Part shown: one piece after another, positions 1 through 9,355 of the stretch
Layout: every line of letters begins with the position of its first letter
How positions within the stretch are numbered: position 1 is the first letter of the stretch
Source: a virus
Reading direction: 5' to 3' (one strand)
DNA: 64,000 nucleotides
IMG/VR virus record: IMGVR_UViG_3300045988_096244
Notes under the pieces: model-generated
Databases searched by the model: none
What the model saw: only the letters and a program-made list of their open reading frames with translations
Told to the model about the DNA's origin: nothing
Position numbers and translations under genes: made by a program

Positions 1-912
1 TTCGATACGTTGAAAGAGCATATCCCACTCAGTATCAAAACTCTCGGAGTGGCAATTACCAAAGAAGATTACGAGGCAATAGCTATGCTTATCGACGGTG
101 TGGATAAAGCCTACTGTAACTACATTTGTGGTAAATATGTAGAGATATACATTACCCCAGATGGAGGTTCCGAAGCAAGCACTGAGCTTATCAACAATGT
201 AAAGCAGAGGATGGAATCTTCTAAGGTACTTACTACCAGGGTAAGTGTATATTCTACACATGCTGCCAAGATATACCTGTCAGCAACTATAACCGGCCGG
301 AAGTCTTTCAAGTCAATAGATATAAGCAATCAAGTGAAGAAAGCTTTACTGGATGCCTATAACTATCAGAACTCTGATATCAACAAACCGGTAAGACAGT
401 CTGACCTGTATGCTCTTATGGATAATCAACCCATGGTTGACTTCCTAACTATAACTGAGTTGTACTTACTGCCTTATCCGATAGCTATAAATATCAACTC
501 ACAAAATACGGAGGAGATAGTATCGGTACCCGCTCTAAACATAACCTATTTCAAGATGCTGTCATTTGCTACAGCAACTCCTGAAACAGGTTATGAGAAC
601 TGTTACATTAAAACAGTAATCGAGGATGGTAATGCTTTCTATCGGATATATGCTAACAAGGACCTTTCAGGAAATGCTTTGTACACTGGCCAGTATGGTA
701 AACCTCTTGAGGTATCCCTGACCAAGTCGAAATTCAGCTTAACCATCAACTTACCGGTTGAGAATGCAAACTATGAAAATGGGACCGTATATCAACTAAC
801 TACACAACCAATGGGTAGTGGAGGAAAGCTGGTAGACCTTATCCCTCATAATTACAATATCCCAACTATCAGTTCGGATAACATAACTCTTACAATCAAT
901 GAAGTGGTTTAA
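1..912 (+). CDS. baseplate J-like protein, C-terminal part (5' end outside window)
   Basis: The frame of track ORF 10..912 stays open back to nt 1. The pattern TRVSVYSTHAAKIYLSATITGRKSF...VKKALLDAYNY...RQSDLYALM resembles the C-terminal half of gpJ/gp6-type baseplate proteins. A gpI-like gene follows with a 14-nt overlap. Confidence 0.5.
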   Translation, partial: FDTLKEHIPLSIKTLGVAITKEDYEAIAMLIDGVDKAYCNYICGKYVEIYITPDGGSEASTELINNVKQRMESSKVLTTRVSVYSTHAAKIYLSATITGRKSFKSIDISNQVKKALLDAYNYQNSDINKPVRQSDLYALMDNQPMVDFLTITELYLLPYPIAININSQNTEEIVSVPALNITYFKMLSFATATPETGYENCYIKTVIEDGNAFYRIYANKDLSGNALYTGQYGKPLEVSLTKSKFSLTINLPVENANYENGTVYQLTTQPMGSGGKLVDLIPHNYNIPTISSDNITLTINEVV

Positions 913-1795
913 TCCAGCTAAGAGGTTCTTCAGGGATTACATCTTCAGTAACCTATTCGACCATTACTATAAAGCCAATGATACTTATCAGGATTCAGAA
1001 GGCAAGGGTATATTCGAAAGGTTCATAGATGTATGTTCAGGTTATTTCGATACTGAAGTAATGCCCGATATAGATAATTTCATGGAATGTCTGGATGTGG
1101 ATAAAGCCAATCCGATATTCCTGAATTATCTTTGGGAATACTTTGGGTTCATCCCCTATGCCTATGGCGTACTTACTAAGGGAGAACCATATACAGAGGA
1201 GAATCTAGAGAATTGGGTAAAAGAGGACAGGGGTTTTCCTACCGCTGATTTCCGATTAGTTCTAAGATACGCCATATCTTTATATAAGATACGAGGTACT
1301 CGAGGGTTTTATGAAATATTAGGCCGATTTTATGGAGTAACCTTTACTCTCACCGAAGTAGATGAAGGAACAAAACAAGCTGTTGCCCAGGCAATAGGAG
1401 ATGGTTCTGTAAACTATGACACTATCTCTCACTTCGATACTCCATCAGCTACATACGATACCGAGACAGATTGCTGGGAATGCGTACCAATGATTCTCAC
1501 TATTGGTATACCAAAGGGTCAATGGGACTTTATGTTAAAGAGGGACAAGGAAATTCAGGAACAACTCCTGGAAGAGTGGAAGCTAATGAACCCAGATGCA
1601 ACTGAGGAAGAGATTCAGGCTGCAAAGGAACAAATAGAATCAGAACATCCCTCTGATTACAGTGATAAGGTACGAGAGACTTTGGTAAACCTTGTCAACA
1701 AATACCTTCCAGTAAATGTAAAGTATTTCGAACCAAAAGATAGTTCAGTAGTATTCGAACAAACCTCAGTAGTAATCTATATTGTATATGCTTAG
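899..1795 (+). CDS. baseplate/tail protein, P2 gpI-like
   Basis: The core NYLWEYFGF...FRLVLRYAISLYKIRGTRGFYEILGRFYGV matches the Tail_P2_I pattern (..y..KGT..g) by eye. It sits directly after the baseplate J-like gene. Confidence 0.5.
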   Translation: MKWFNPAKRFFRDYIFSNLFDHYYKANDTYQDSEGKGIFERFIDVCSGYFDTEVMPDIDNFMECLDVDKANPIFLNYLWEYFGFIPYAYGVLTKGEPYTEENLENWVKEDRGFPTADFRLVLRYAISLYKIRGTRGFYEILGRFYGVTFTLTEVDEGTKQAVAQAIGDGSVNYDTISHFDTPSATYDTETDCWECVPMILTIGIPKGQWDFMLKRDKEIQEQLLEEWKLMNPDATEEEIQAAKEQIESEHPSDYSDKVRETLVNLVNKYLPVNVKYFEPKDSSVVFEQTSVVIYIVYA

Positions 1796-2432
1796 TAGAC
1801 CTCTAATCTCATTTCTATTCTTAACTGCTCAAGAAGACCCTAAGTTGGACCATGCAGTTCAGTCGCTAACCAAATCTTCTATCGAGTTAGCTGAAGCAGT
1901 CTCCAACTACGGAGCTCTAAAAGTAATCTTCGGTATCTTCATGGTATTGGTCCTTGTAATGGTAACGGTGTTTATATACACTATCTGGAACCTAAACGAG
2001 AAGATATCTATAGTATCTGAATCTTCACAACAGGTAGAGGAGTTCTTCGACGGGGCCACTGATTCTACGGTGGGTATAACCGAGGCTCAAATACTGATTC
2101 GCAGGGAGTTCAATTGTTTGGGCCATATATTAAAGTATGCCATACTACGAATAAGATTCGAGAACCATATAGACAACAAGGAGTCTACAATAAAGAAAGT
2201 GGAAAGCTTAGTAAACAATGAATATTCTGAGCTATACGGACTACTTTCTAACTTCACTTGTAATGGTAAATCTCTCTCAAATATCTTTGAGCCTCAGGAT
2301 AACGAGGCAATAAAAGATTTGGTAATAGAACAGATATACATACCTAAGGACCAGTTCTCCATTTCAAACATGGACCAATCTGTAAGTATGTATCTCAACG
2401 GATTAAAACTAATGTACCTTAAAAAATTATAA
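1782..2432 (+). CDS. hypothetical membrane protein (holin-like role possible)
   Basis: One strongly hydrophobic segment, ALKVIFGIFMVLVLVMVTVFIYTIW. It lies immediately upstream of the amidase gene. The function is a positional guess only. Confidence 0.35.
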   Translation: MYMLSRPLISFLFLTAQEDPKLDHAVQSLTKSSIELAEAVSNYGALKVIFGIFMVLVLVMVTVFIYTIWNLNEKISIVSESSQQVEEFFDGATDSTVGITEAQILIRREFNCLGHILKYAILRIRFENHIDNKESTIKKVESLVNNEYSELYGLLSNFTCNGKSLSNIFEPQDNEAIKDLVIEQIYIPKDQFSISNMDQSVSMYLNGLKLMYLKKL

Positions 2433-2434
2433 CT

Positions 2435-3061
2435 ATGGCACGAAGATTATTGCCTATTATCGACTTTGCTCATGGGTCTGATGTAGCAGGAAAACAATCT
2501 CCAGACGGTAGACATAAAGAATATCTCTGGAGTCGTAAAGTGGGAAAAGCTTTGGCAGAGCGTCTCGAGCAAGAGGGATTCGAGGTAGCTTTCACTAATA
2601 CCGGGGACACCGAAATCGGGCTGTCTAGAAGAAAAGAAATTGCAAACAAATTAGATACTCCCCGAGGGGGTGCAAAGTTTCTGATTTCACTCCATAACAA
2701 TGCTGCAGGTATGGGGAATGAGTGGTGCGCTGCAAGGGGTTTTGAAATATATACCACTAAAGGCCAAACTCGTTCGGATTTATTTGCCACGGTGATATTC
2801 GAACAGTTACAGGAAGACTTCCCAATCACCGACGGTTATAAGCATAGGACAGACCCATCTGATGGAGATCCTGACAAGGAAGCTAACTTCACTGTTCTCA
2901 TGGGTAATAACTATTGGGGAGTACTTCTCGAGTGGTTATTCCAGGATAATCCAGATGATGTGGCATTACTCGAAGATGAGATTGTAAACCGGAAATTGGT
3001 AGAATCTCTCACCAAAGCCCTCATCTTCATCGATGAAAATCTCGACAAATTAAAATTGTAA
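2435..3061 (+). CDS. N-acetylmuramoyl-L-alanine amidase (Amidase_3-type endolysin)
   Basis: IDFAHGSD, LISLHNNA, GFEIYT and ANFTVL are by-eye hallmarks of MurNAc-LAA (Amidase_3) cell-wall amidases. Confidence 0.8.
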   Translation: MARRLLPIIDFAHGSDVAGKQSPDGRHKEYLWSRKVGKALAERLEQEGFEVAFTNTGDTEIGLSRRKEIANKLDTPRGGAKFLISLHNNAAGMGNEWCAARGFEIYTTKGQTRSDLFATVIFEQLQEDFPITDGYKHRTDPSDGDPDKEANFTVLMGNNYWGVLLEWLFQDNPDDVALLEDEIVNRKLVESLTKALIFIDENLDKLKL

Positions 3062-3064
3062 GCC

Positions 3065-4879
3065 ATGGCACAGAAGAATGAAACCGAAGTTGTAAATGGT
3101 GTAGTACAACCAAGGTTCTATCAGGTGTACGGTGACTTGATAGAGTCTAAAGAGGTTATGGAACCTCTTGCTATAATGGGGGGTACAGGACCTATTTGTG
3201 GCTTCGACTGGGTAGATACTACCCAACAGAACATAACCATAACCAGTATCTTCAAAAGGTCCGGTACTATGCCTTCGGGGATAGGCAATATCTTAGGCAA
3301 AGCCAGGAGAGTATTTCTTTCTAACAAGGATAACACTGCCGGCCAGGTATTCAATGCCTATACTACTCCAGACGGCTTATGTCATATAGCCCCTGACACT
3401 CTTACTTTCACAAGTGTAAGACCTGATGGGGGTTGGCCAAGCTTAACTAATCCTCAGAAGTTGGTAGCTTTTGCAGTAAAAGCGTCCCATACTTATCGTC
3501 AAGATGGTAGTGAGAATCCACCGAGCATATCCAATTTTGGATGTGGGTGGATAACTTTCGACAATGCCTATGGATTGGAGGAAATACTTTCTTGGGGGTA
3601 TGGAAGAATGCTAAGTCTGTTAGAAGACTCTAACATACCTTTCAATAAAGATACAGACACTCTCATAGGAATATACTTGGTAGGTTGGAGACCCGAATGG
3701 AACCGTGATGAAGTAAGCCTTAGGTATAAGGATATCATGGCATCACTGAACTACACTCTTTGCTTAGTACCCTACAATGGTCAGTTCCCGGTAAAACCCT
3801 ATGGACTCAATCCTCTTGATTTACTTGACCTGAAGAGTCGAGTTAAGGCCCTGGAGGAGAGTACGGTTCCTACTGATATAAGTGTATTGACTCGGTACTT
3901 AAACACTCAGATGAACAGTCAGGGTAAGGGTATAGAGATAGAGTACTCCATTAGTAATAGAGATGACTATGAAGTATACACGTTTAGCAAATTGGTTATC
4001 AACGGGTGTGTATTGGCTAAACCTTCAGCTCCAGTAAGCAAACAGATATCATATCAATGGAGAGAAGGTAGTCCTTGTATATGTATATATACTACAGCAT
4101 CTGTATTAACTAACGCTTCTCTCACTCCAGCTCAATGGGGTATAAAGAGTGGAAATACTAATGTGGATTACAATGCAGAATTTTGGGATGGCTCATTTAA
4201 TAAGTTAGGTATGAACCTACCAAGCAATGCTACTTTGGTAGCAGTATTCGAAATAAGTTCCCCAGACGTAAATGCTTTAGTACTCCCGGAACATGCCTAC
4301 AGCCTTCTCAACAATGAAAAGGTAGATGGTCTTACAAGGGCCATACTCGGATTGTTTAGGTATACCTTCGAGAAAGGTAATACTGGTTTAGATACCAGCG
4401 TAGAGCAAACTACCTCAGGAAGCGGTGGTACTCGGTCAAGGTTAACGGTAGATGCTCATTACCATAATGGAGTGGCAATATTTGACTTAACCGAGATTAT
4501 GTTCTCCGGATGTCCGTCCTTTAAAGATGTGGCTGTGAACGTGACCGACCTGTTAACTAATAAAGATTCAAGGTGGGGTCCTATCTTAACTCAAATAGCT
4601 AAAAAGTATCACTCGGGTACTTATGGATATGGGCCATATATGCAGAAGTATGGTGATACAGCTTACTACATTGAAATCTATCCAAACCTCTTTACTACAA
4701 GTGATCTGGAATCGTTCAGGGTAACGGTATCCGGAAACAATGGTACTTCTGGCAGTGATTTAAGGGCTTATAAAGTACAACTTACCTTTGTAGTGGGCGA
4801 TGTTGGAAAGGATACTCTTACCAATGATGCGCGCCTACTTTTGGCATGTCTTAACAATCCTTTCAAATCGAATTATTAA
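3065..4879 (+). CDS. hypothetical large virion protein (possible tail fibre/receptor-binding protein)
   Basis: A 604-aa ORF 4 nt after the amidase, at the distal end of the baseplate cluster. No motif recognised; the function is positional inference. Confidence 0.35.
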   Translation: MAQKNETEVVNGVVQPRFYQVYGDLIESKEVMEPLAIMGGTGPICGFDWVDTTQQNITITSIFKRSGTMPSGIGNILGKARRVFLSNKDNTAGQVFNAYTTPDGLCHIAPDTLTFTSVRPDGGWPSLTNPQKLVAFAVKASHTYRQDGSENPPSISNFGCGWITFDNAYGLEEILSWGYGRMLSLLEDSNIPFNKDTDTLIGIYLVGWRPEWNRDEVSLRYKDIMASLNYTLCLVPYNGQFPVKPYGLNPLDLLDLKSRVKALEESTVPTDISVLTRYLNTQMNSQGKGIEIEYSISNRDDYEVYTFSKLVINGCVLAKPSAPVSKQISYQWREGSPCICIYTTASVLTNASLTPAQWGIKSGNTNVDYNAEFWDGSFNKLGMNLPSNATLVAVFEISSPDVNALVLPEHAYSLLNNEKVDGLTRAILGLFRYTFEKGNTGLDTSVEQTTSGSGGTRSRLTVDAHYHNGVAIFDLTEIMFSGCPSFKDVAVNVTDLLTNKDSRWGPILTQIAKKYHSGTYGYGPYMQKYGDTAYYIEIYPNLFTTSDLESFRVTVSGNNGTSGSDLRAYKVQLTFVVGDVGKDTLTNDARLLLACLNNPFKSNY

Positions 4880-4948
4880 ACTGAACCCTAGTTGAGTTGG
4901 TTAAGTGGGGTTGGAGTGAGGTTAGAGATAACCTTGCTCTGGCCTTTT

Positions 4949-5596
4949 TCATTGTTTAAGGTCTATGGCAGCTTGTTCTAAGGTCTTCTGTATAGTCTTT
5001 CGCATTTGAGAGAACATGTTGACTGCAAACTTATCCCGGGGCAACTCAAAGTAATCAATCAAGTGAAGGATAGATAACTTACCGTGGGAATCCTTGATAC
5101 GAGCCTCAAACCATTTGGGAGGTTCTAATTGTATTTGCATCACCAGGTATTCATCCGGAGTAAGATGCTCTTTCATATACTTATGGAATCTTTGAGATTG
5201 CTCTTCTTTAATTCGAGTCTCTTCGGAATCATCCAATAACTCTTTATTATTATCGAATAGAACTTCGAAAGAAGTCAACTCTTGATTGAACTCAGCCTGT
5301 TTGGTATAAGCATTCCGAAGCAACTTACTTTTATAAGTTTGCAAGGAAGATAAGAGAGTTGCCTTTAACCTCTCTTCATCATATTCGTCTTGGTATTTAT
5401 TAAATACATACAAGAACTTATCCCAGAAAAAAGAGTTAATTATATCGGGAGTAAGATTGAATCTTCTGGAATCCACTCCCCTTGTCAGCCTACGGATTAA
5501 AGGTTTGCAGGTTTTATACAACCTATTAAACAAATCCTCATCATAGGGTTTTAATTCTGTTAATCTGTGTAGTTCACTTCCGTTGTTGCCTTTCAT
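4949..5596 (-). CDS. RNA polymerase sigma-factor-like protein
   Basis: Start moved to ATG 5596 (MKGNNG...) because the 22 upstream codons of the track ORF cover its own TAtaTTTG box. By eye, the region-2-like segment FNRLYKTCKPLIRRLTRG...DIINSFFWDKFLYVF and a C-terminal HTH-like segment resemble ECF-type sigma factors. Confidence 0.4.
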   Translation of the reverse strand: MKGNNGSELHRLTELKPYDEDLFNRLYKTCKPLIRRLTRGVDSRRFNLTPDIINSFFWDKFLYVFNKYQDEYDEERLKATLLSSLQTYKSKLLRNAYTKQAEFNQELTSFEVLFDNNKELLDDSEETRIKEEQSQRFHKYMKEHLTPDEYLVMQIQLEPPKWFEARIKDSHGKLSILHLIDYFELPRDKFAVNMFSQMRKTIQKTLEQAAIDLKQ

Positions 5597-5618
5597 AGTA
5601 GTAAAGTTATTTACAATG

Positions 5619-5626
5619 CAAATATA
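5619..5626 (-). promoter_or_regulatory. -7 box TAtaTTTG (minus strand) for the sigma-like gene
   Basis: The plus strand reads caaatata, so the minus strand reads TATATTTG followed by cattgtaa. This is the same extended box as the plus-strand early promoters. It lies 22 nt upstream of ATG 5596. Confidence 0.5.
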
Positions 5627-5771
5627 ATATAATAAGTAACCACTTGTATGAATTTTTATCAAAATATTTCACCGTCTGTGTTCAAGTTAGTTCAAAGATG
5701 AGCTCAGGGAACTATATTATCTAGCAGATACTATTGGTTATACACTTATGAATATTATATAATATATATAT

Positions 5772-7238
5772 ATGAAACAAAATAGGGTAAAGAAAAGGTT
5801 AAACTCCTGTAACAAGTTCACATTCTCTATTGAGTTTCAATTGGAAGTACTCAGGTTTTTAATACAAGGGAAGGAATCTCTCTTGTATGTTCAAAAGATA
5901 AAACCTGGGTACTTTACTTTGATTGAACACTCGATAGTGGTAGAAGCCTTGGTAAAGTTCGTAAAGAAATATCAACGAATCCCAAGTGAGGTTTTAATGG
6001 TAGAGCAGGTAAAAACTTTATTGGAAGGTAGGGATTATGTAGACTTGGTTACCAAGGACGACATCCCCAATATTCATAAGTTAATATCCGAGCTTTATAA
6101 TAAGCCTTTGAAGGACGTAGATATCGTATTAGAGAACATTCATAAGTTCATTGCTTATATCGAATTGAAGGCTTTGAACGAGAGTATGGACTTCTCTGAT
6201 TACAATTCATACGAAACTTATCAAGCTAAGTTAACCAAAATACTCCAAAGTTCAAAGCCCCAGAAAAAAGATGAACCATTACTTATGGTTAGTGGAACTG
6301 CAATGCGTCAGCTTATGAGAAAAGTTGACCCGGATGTAGTACCTACTCCTTTCTGGCAATTAAATAGATTGGGTAATGGAGATGGCTATCCTAAGAATTC
6401 TCTATTCGTTTTAATTGACCGACCTAAACGGAGAAAGACATTTGCTCTCATCAATATTGCAAGAGGTTATCTGGCAATGAAAAAGAATGTTCTTTACATT
6501 GATACCGAGAACGGTAAGAATCAGTTAATGGACCGTATGATTCAGTCTACTCTTAACAAAACTAAGAGAGAGATGTTAACTGGTGATTACGATAAGATGG
6601 AGCAAAGGCACATGCGTAAATATAAACGTTTAGGTGTAGAGTTTATAGTCGAACGTGTACCTGCAACCATTGCTGATTGTAATACCATTATGAACTTGGT
6701 TAGGAAATTGGAAACTGAGAAAGGTATCAAGGTACATGTCATCATGATTGACTATGCTGCAAAGTTAGCCTCTATAGCCAGAGATAGAGATGATGTGGAA
6801 CGTATCAACAATGTATATATAGATATAGATAATATGGGTGATGAGTTAGGGCTTGATGCGGTATGGACTGCCCAACACGTTACCAGAGAAGGTGCTAAGC
6901 ATCAAGAAACCAAGTACGAGGATAATGATATAGCATCTGCTATATCTATCATAAGGAATGCAAAATGCGTCATGGGATTAAACTCTACTCAAGATGAAGA
7001 GGAACATAACATTATGAGAATGGAAGTTGTAGTTCAGAGGGATGGAGTTCCAAGTGGTAGGGTAATGTTTAATATGGACCCAGAAAGACAACGTATGAAA
7101 GAGTTCTCAAAAGAAGCTCGGGCAAAGTATGATGAGTCCATAGGTAAACAGGTAGATGACTTACTTAAGAAAAGGAAAAGGGTAAGCAATCCCAATGCAG
7201 ACCCCGAAAAGAGAAGTAAAACCTCAGGAGATATTTAG
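5772..7238 (+). CDS. DnaB-like replicative helicase
   Basis: C-terminal RecA-fold with DnaB-like motifs: LIDRPKRRKTFALINIA at the Walker A position, HVIMIDYAAKL (Walker B), WTAQHVTREG (H3, SQLNR-like) and NAKCVMGLN (H4). Confidence 0.55.
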   Translation: MKQNRVKKRLNSCNKFTFSIEFQLEVLRFLIQGKESLLYVQKIKPGYFTLIEHSIVVEALVKFVKKYQRIPSEVLMVEQVKTLLEGRDYVDLVTKDDIPNIHKLISELYNKPLKDVDIVLENIHKFIAYIELKALNESMDFSDYNSYETYQAKLTKILQSSKPQKKDEPLLMVSGTAMRQLMRKVDPDVVPTPFWQLNRLGNGDGYPKNSLFVLIDRPKRRKTFALINIARGYLAMKKNVLYIDTENGKNQLMDRMIQSTLNKTKREMLTGDYDKMEQRHMRKYKRLGVEFIVERVPATIADCNTIMNLVRKLETEKGIKVHVIMIDYAAKLASIARDRDDVERINNVYIDIDNMGDELGLDAVWTAQHVTREGAKHQETKYEDNDIASAISIIRNAKCVMGLNSTQDEEEHNIMRMEVVVQRDGVPSGRVMFNMDPERQRMKEFSKEARAKYDESIGKQVDDLLKKRKRVSNPNADPEKRSKTSGDI

Positions 7239-7262
7239 ATAAACCTTAATAATTAAAATTGT

Positions 7263-7475
7263 ATGGCACGAGTTATCGATTCTATGGATTTAGCTAAGTT
7301 TGGAGAAGGCGTTACATCTTGTAACAAGTGTAAAAAGGTAATAGCCTTCAATAAGAAGGAAATATTTTTAGACTTAAGCTATAGTCCAGGACATGATGGA
7401 GAAGAAAGTGTTAGATGTCCTCAATGCAATTCGGTATTACATGTAGGAAAGTTTCACGCCACTGAACACATGTAA
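7263..7475 (+). CDS. small zinc-ribbon protein
   Basis: 70 aa with two CxxC pairs (CNKCKK ... CPQCNS). Confidence 0.5.
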   Translation: MARVIDSMDLAKFGEGVTSCNKCKKVIAFNKKEIFLDLSYSPGHDGEESVRCPQCNSVLHVGKFHATEHM

Positions 7476-7477
7476 TT

Positions 7478-7837
7478 ATGAATATCAGGTTACTTAGGAT
7501 ATTCCGGAGAAGAGCTTCAAAGGAAATCTGTATCAGAAGACAACCTGGTAAAAGGTACGAGATAGTATGTCCATCTGAGGATGCTCCATTAGGGTATTTC
7601 TTTAGAGATTGGGTACCTATCAACTCTCAGCTTGCCTCAGTAACTTGGGAAAAGGTTATCCCTAACGGCAAAGACTTTCACGATAGATCTTTGGGTTATA
7701 GGTCCGACTGTTGCGTACCTTTTAAGAACACTTTCTTAAGCCTGGAGGAAGCCGAGGAAGAGTTGGTAAAGATAAGAAGAGGTTACATAATTCATCATTT
7801 GGTTTCGGAATTATGTAAAAGACTACCAGTTAGATAA
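7478..7837 (+). CDS. hypothetical protein
   Basis: Track ORF starting 3 nt after the previous stop and followed by a terminator hairpin. No motif recognised. Confidence 0.4.
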   Translation: MNIRLLRIFRRRASKEICIRRQPGKRYEIVCPSEDAPLGYFFRDWVPINSQLASVTWEKVIPNGKDFHDRSLGYRSDCCVPFKNTFLSLEEAEEELVKIRRGYIIHHLVSELCKRLPVR

Positions 7838-7842
7838 CAACT

Positions 7843-7875
7843 ACCCGGCTATGGTTTACATAGCCGGGTATTTTC
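7843..7875 (+). terminator. rho-independent terminator
   Basis: Stem acccggctatg (7843-7853) pairs with catagccgggt (7859-7869), with a 5-nt loop, followed by attttc. Confidence 0.6.
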
Positions 7876-7884
7876 GTTGATGAT

Positions 7885-8412
7885 ATGAAACTCAATAGCA
7901 ATATCAAAGGTTTTCCTTTATACCATGTCACTAAATATGGAAAGGTATATAATATAAAGCGCAGTCGTGAAGTAACCATACATCCACACTATCGTACCGG
8001 TAGAAATATAGTTCATCTGTACTCTAATGGGAAAAGGTATAATCTGAAAGTATACAGGTTAGTAGCCGAGGCCTATATACCTAATCCGGAAAATAAGCCC
8101 TGTGTATGTCATAAGGATAACGACAAGTCTAACGATGGAGTAGAGAATTTATACTGGGGTACGTACAAAGAGAATTCTCAGCAGATGGTTAGAGAGGGTA
8201 GAAGTACAAAGGGCCAACACCGCAAAGGTATTAAACAACCGAGATGTTTCAGAAATCCTCGTTCAGTACTCACTAAAGTTAGATATCAGACTTTATTAAA
8301 ATGTATAGGTGATAAGACTAAACTAAAAGCTTTAGTTAAAGCTTGGGGTATATCAACACGCAGTATGAATAGATATGTACATAAAATAAAGACTGGGTAT
8401 TATGAAGCTTAA
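7885..8412 (+). CDS. HNH homing endonuclease (HNH_3 / NUMOD4-like), paralog 1
   Basis: LVAEAYIPNPENKPCVCHKDNDKSNDGVENLYWGTYKENSQQ is a His-Me finger core. The gene is wedged between the helicase and primase genes. Three paralogs occur elsewhere in the window. Confidence 0.75.
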   Translation: MKLNSNIKGFPLYHVTKYGKVYNIKRSREVTIHPHYRTGRNIVHLYSNGKRYNLKVYRLVAEAYIPNPENKPCVCHKDNDKSNDGVENLYWGTYKENSQQMVREGRSTKGQHRKGIKQPRCFRNPRSVLTKVRYQTLLKCIGDKTKLKALVKAWGISTRSMNRYVHKIKTGYYEA

Positions 8413-9355
8413 TGGTAATTTCAAGGGTAGGCTCCATCAATACTTTATGAGAAAGATAGGGGCATTTGACTACAGACACTCGTGGATGAAGTCAGACTGC
8501 CCGTATTGTGGCGGAGAGAAGAAGTTCGGTATCAACCTTTCAAACAATCGGTGTAATTGCTTTAAGTGTGGTGAGCATCCTTCTCCAATAAGCCTGGTAA
8601 TGTATCTGGAGAATACGGATAGTTTTCATGAAGTACTTTCTATACTGGAATCAAGTGATTATTCTGGATATGTTTTCAAGGAAGAGAAGGTTGAGTTAAA
8701 AGGTAAGAAGGAGTTCTTTCTTCCCGATGGCTTTAAGAATATATCCATGGGCACCTCTCTATTAGCAAGGTCAGCCAGGAACTACCTTAAGAAACGTGGG
8801 TTTAATATAGAGGAGTTAGCTCGTAAGGGATGGGGATACTGTAATACTGGAAAGTATCTCGGATATATCATTATACCATTCACGGAGCATGGGCAATTAA
8901 CTTACTTCAATGCCCGATTATATATGGGCGCTGGTCCTAAATATAACAACCCAGAAGTAGATATAACGGGTTTGGGAAAGAGTTTTATTATATATAATGC
9001 AGATGCTCTAGAAATATACCGAACCATTTTTATTTGTGAGGGTGCAATCAATGCAGAAACCCTGGGAGAGAATGGGATTGCAACTGGTGGTAAAGCAGTA
9101 TCAAGGTATCAAGTAAATCGCTTAATTAAAAGTCCAGTTGAGAAATTTATCATATTGATTGACCCTGATGCTAAAGATAAGTCATTGGACTTGGCATTCA
9201 AATTAGTGCCTTTCAAAAAGGTAAAGGTGGTATTCCTACCAGATAATGAGGATGTCAATTCTTTGGGTAAGCGTAGGACTTTAGAATATGTACGAAAGAC
9301 GACATATCAGACTTATCAAGAACTTTTAACTATAAAATCAGAATTGAAATTGTGA
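8402..9355 (+). CDS. DNA primase (zinc finger + TOPRIM)
   Basis: Zn finger CPYCGGEKKF...CNCFKCGEH. TOPRIM motifs ICEGAINAETL and ILIDPDAKD. Confidence 0.75.
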   Translation: MKLNGNFKGRLHQYFMRKIGAFDYRHSWMKSDCPYCGGEKKFGINLSNNRCNCFKCGEHPSPISLVMYLENTDSFHEVLSILESSDYSGYVFKEEKVELKGKKEFFLPDGFKNISMGTSLLARSARNYLKKRGFNIEELARKGWGYCNTGKYLGYIIIPFTEHGQLTYFNARLYMGAGPKYNNPEVDITGLGKSFIIYNADALEIYRTIFICEGAINAETLGENGIATGGKAVSRYQVNRLIKSPVEKFIILIDPDAKDKSLDLAFKLVPFKKVKVVFLPDNEDVNSLGKRRTLEYVRKTTYQTYQELLTIKSELKL

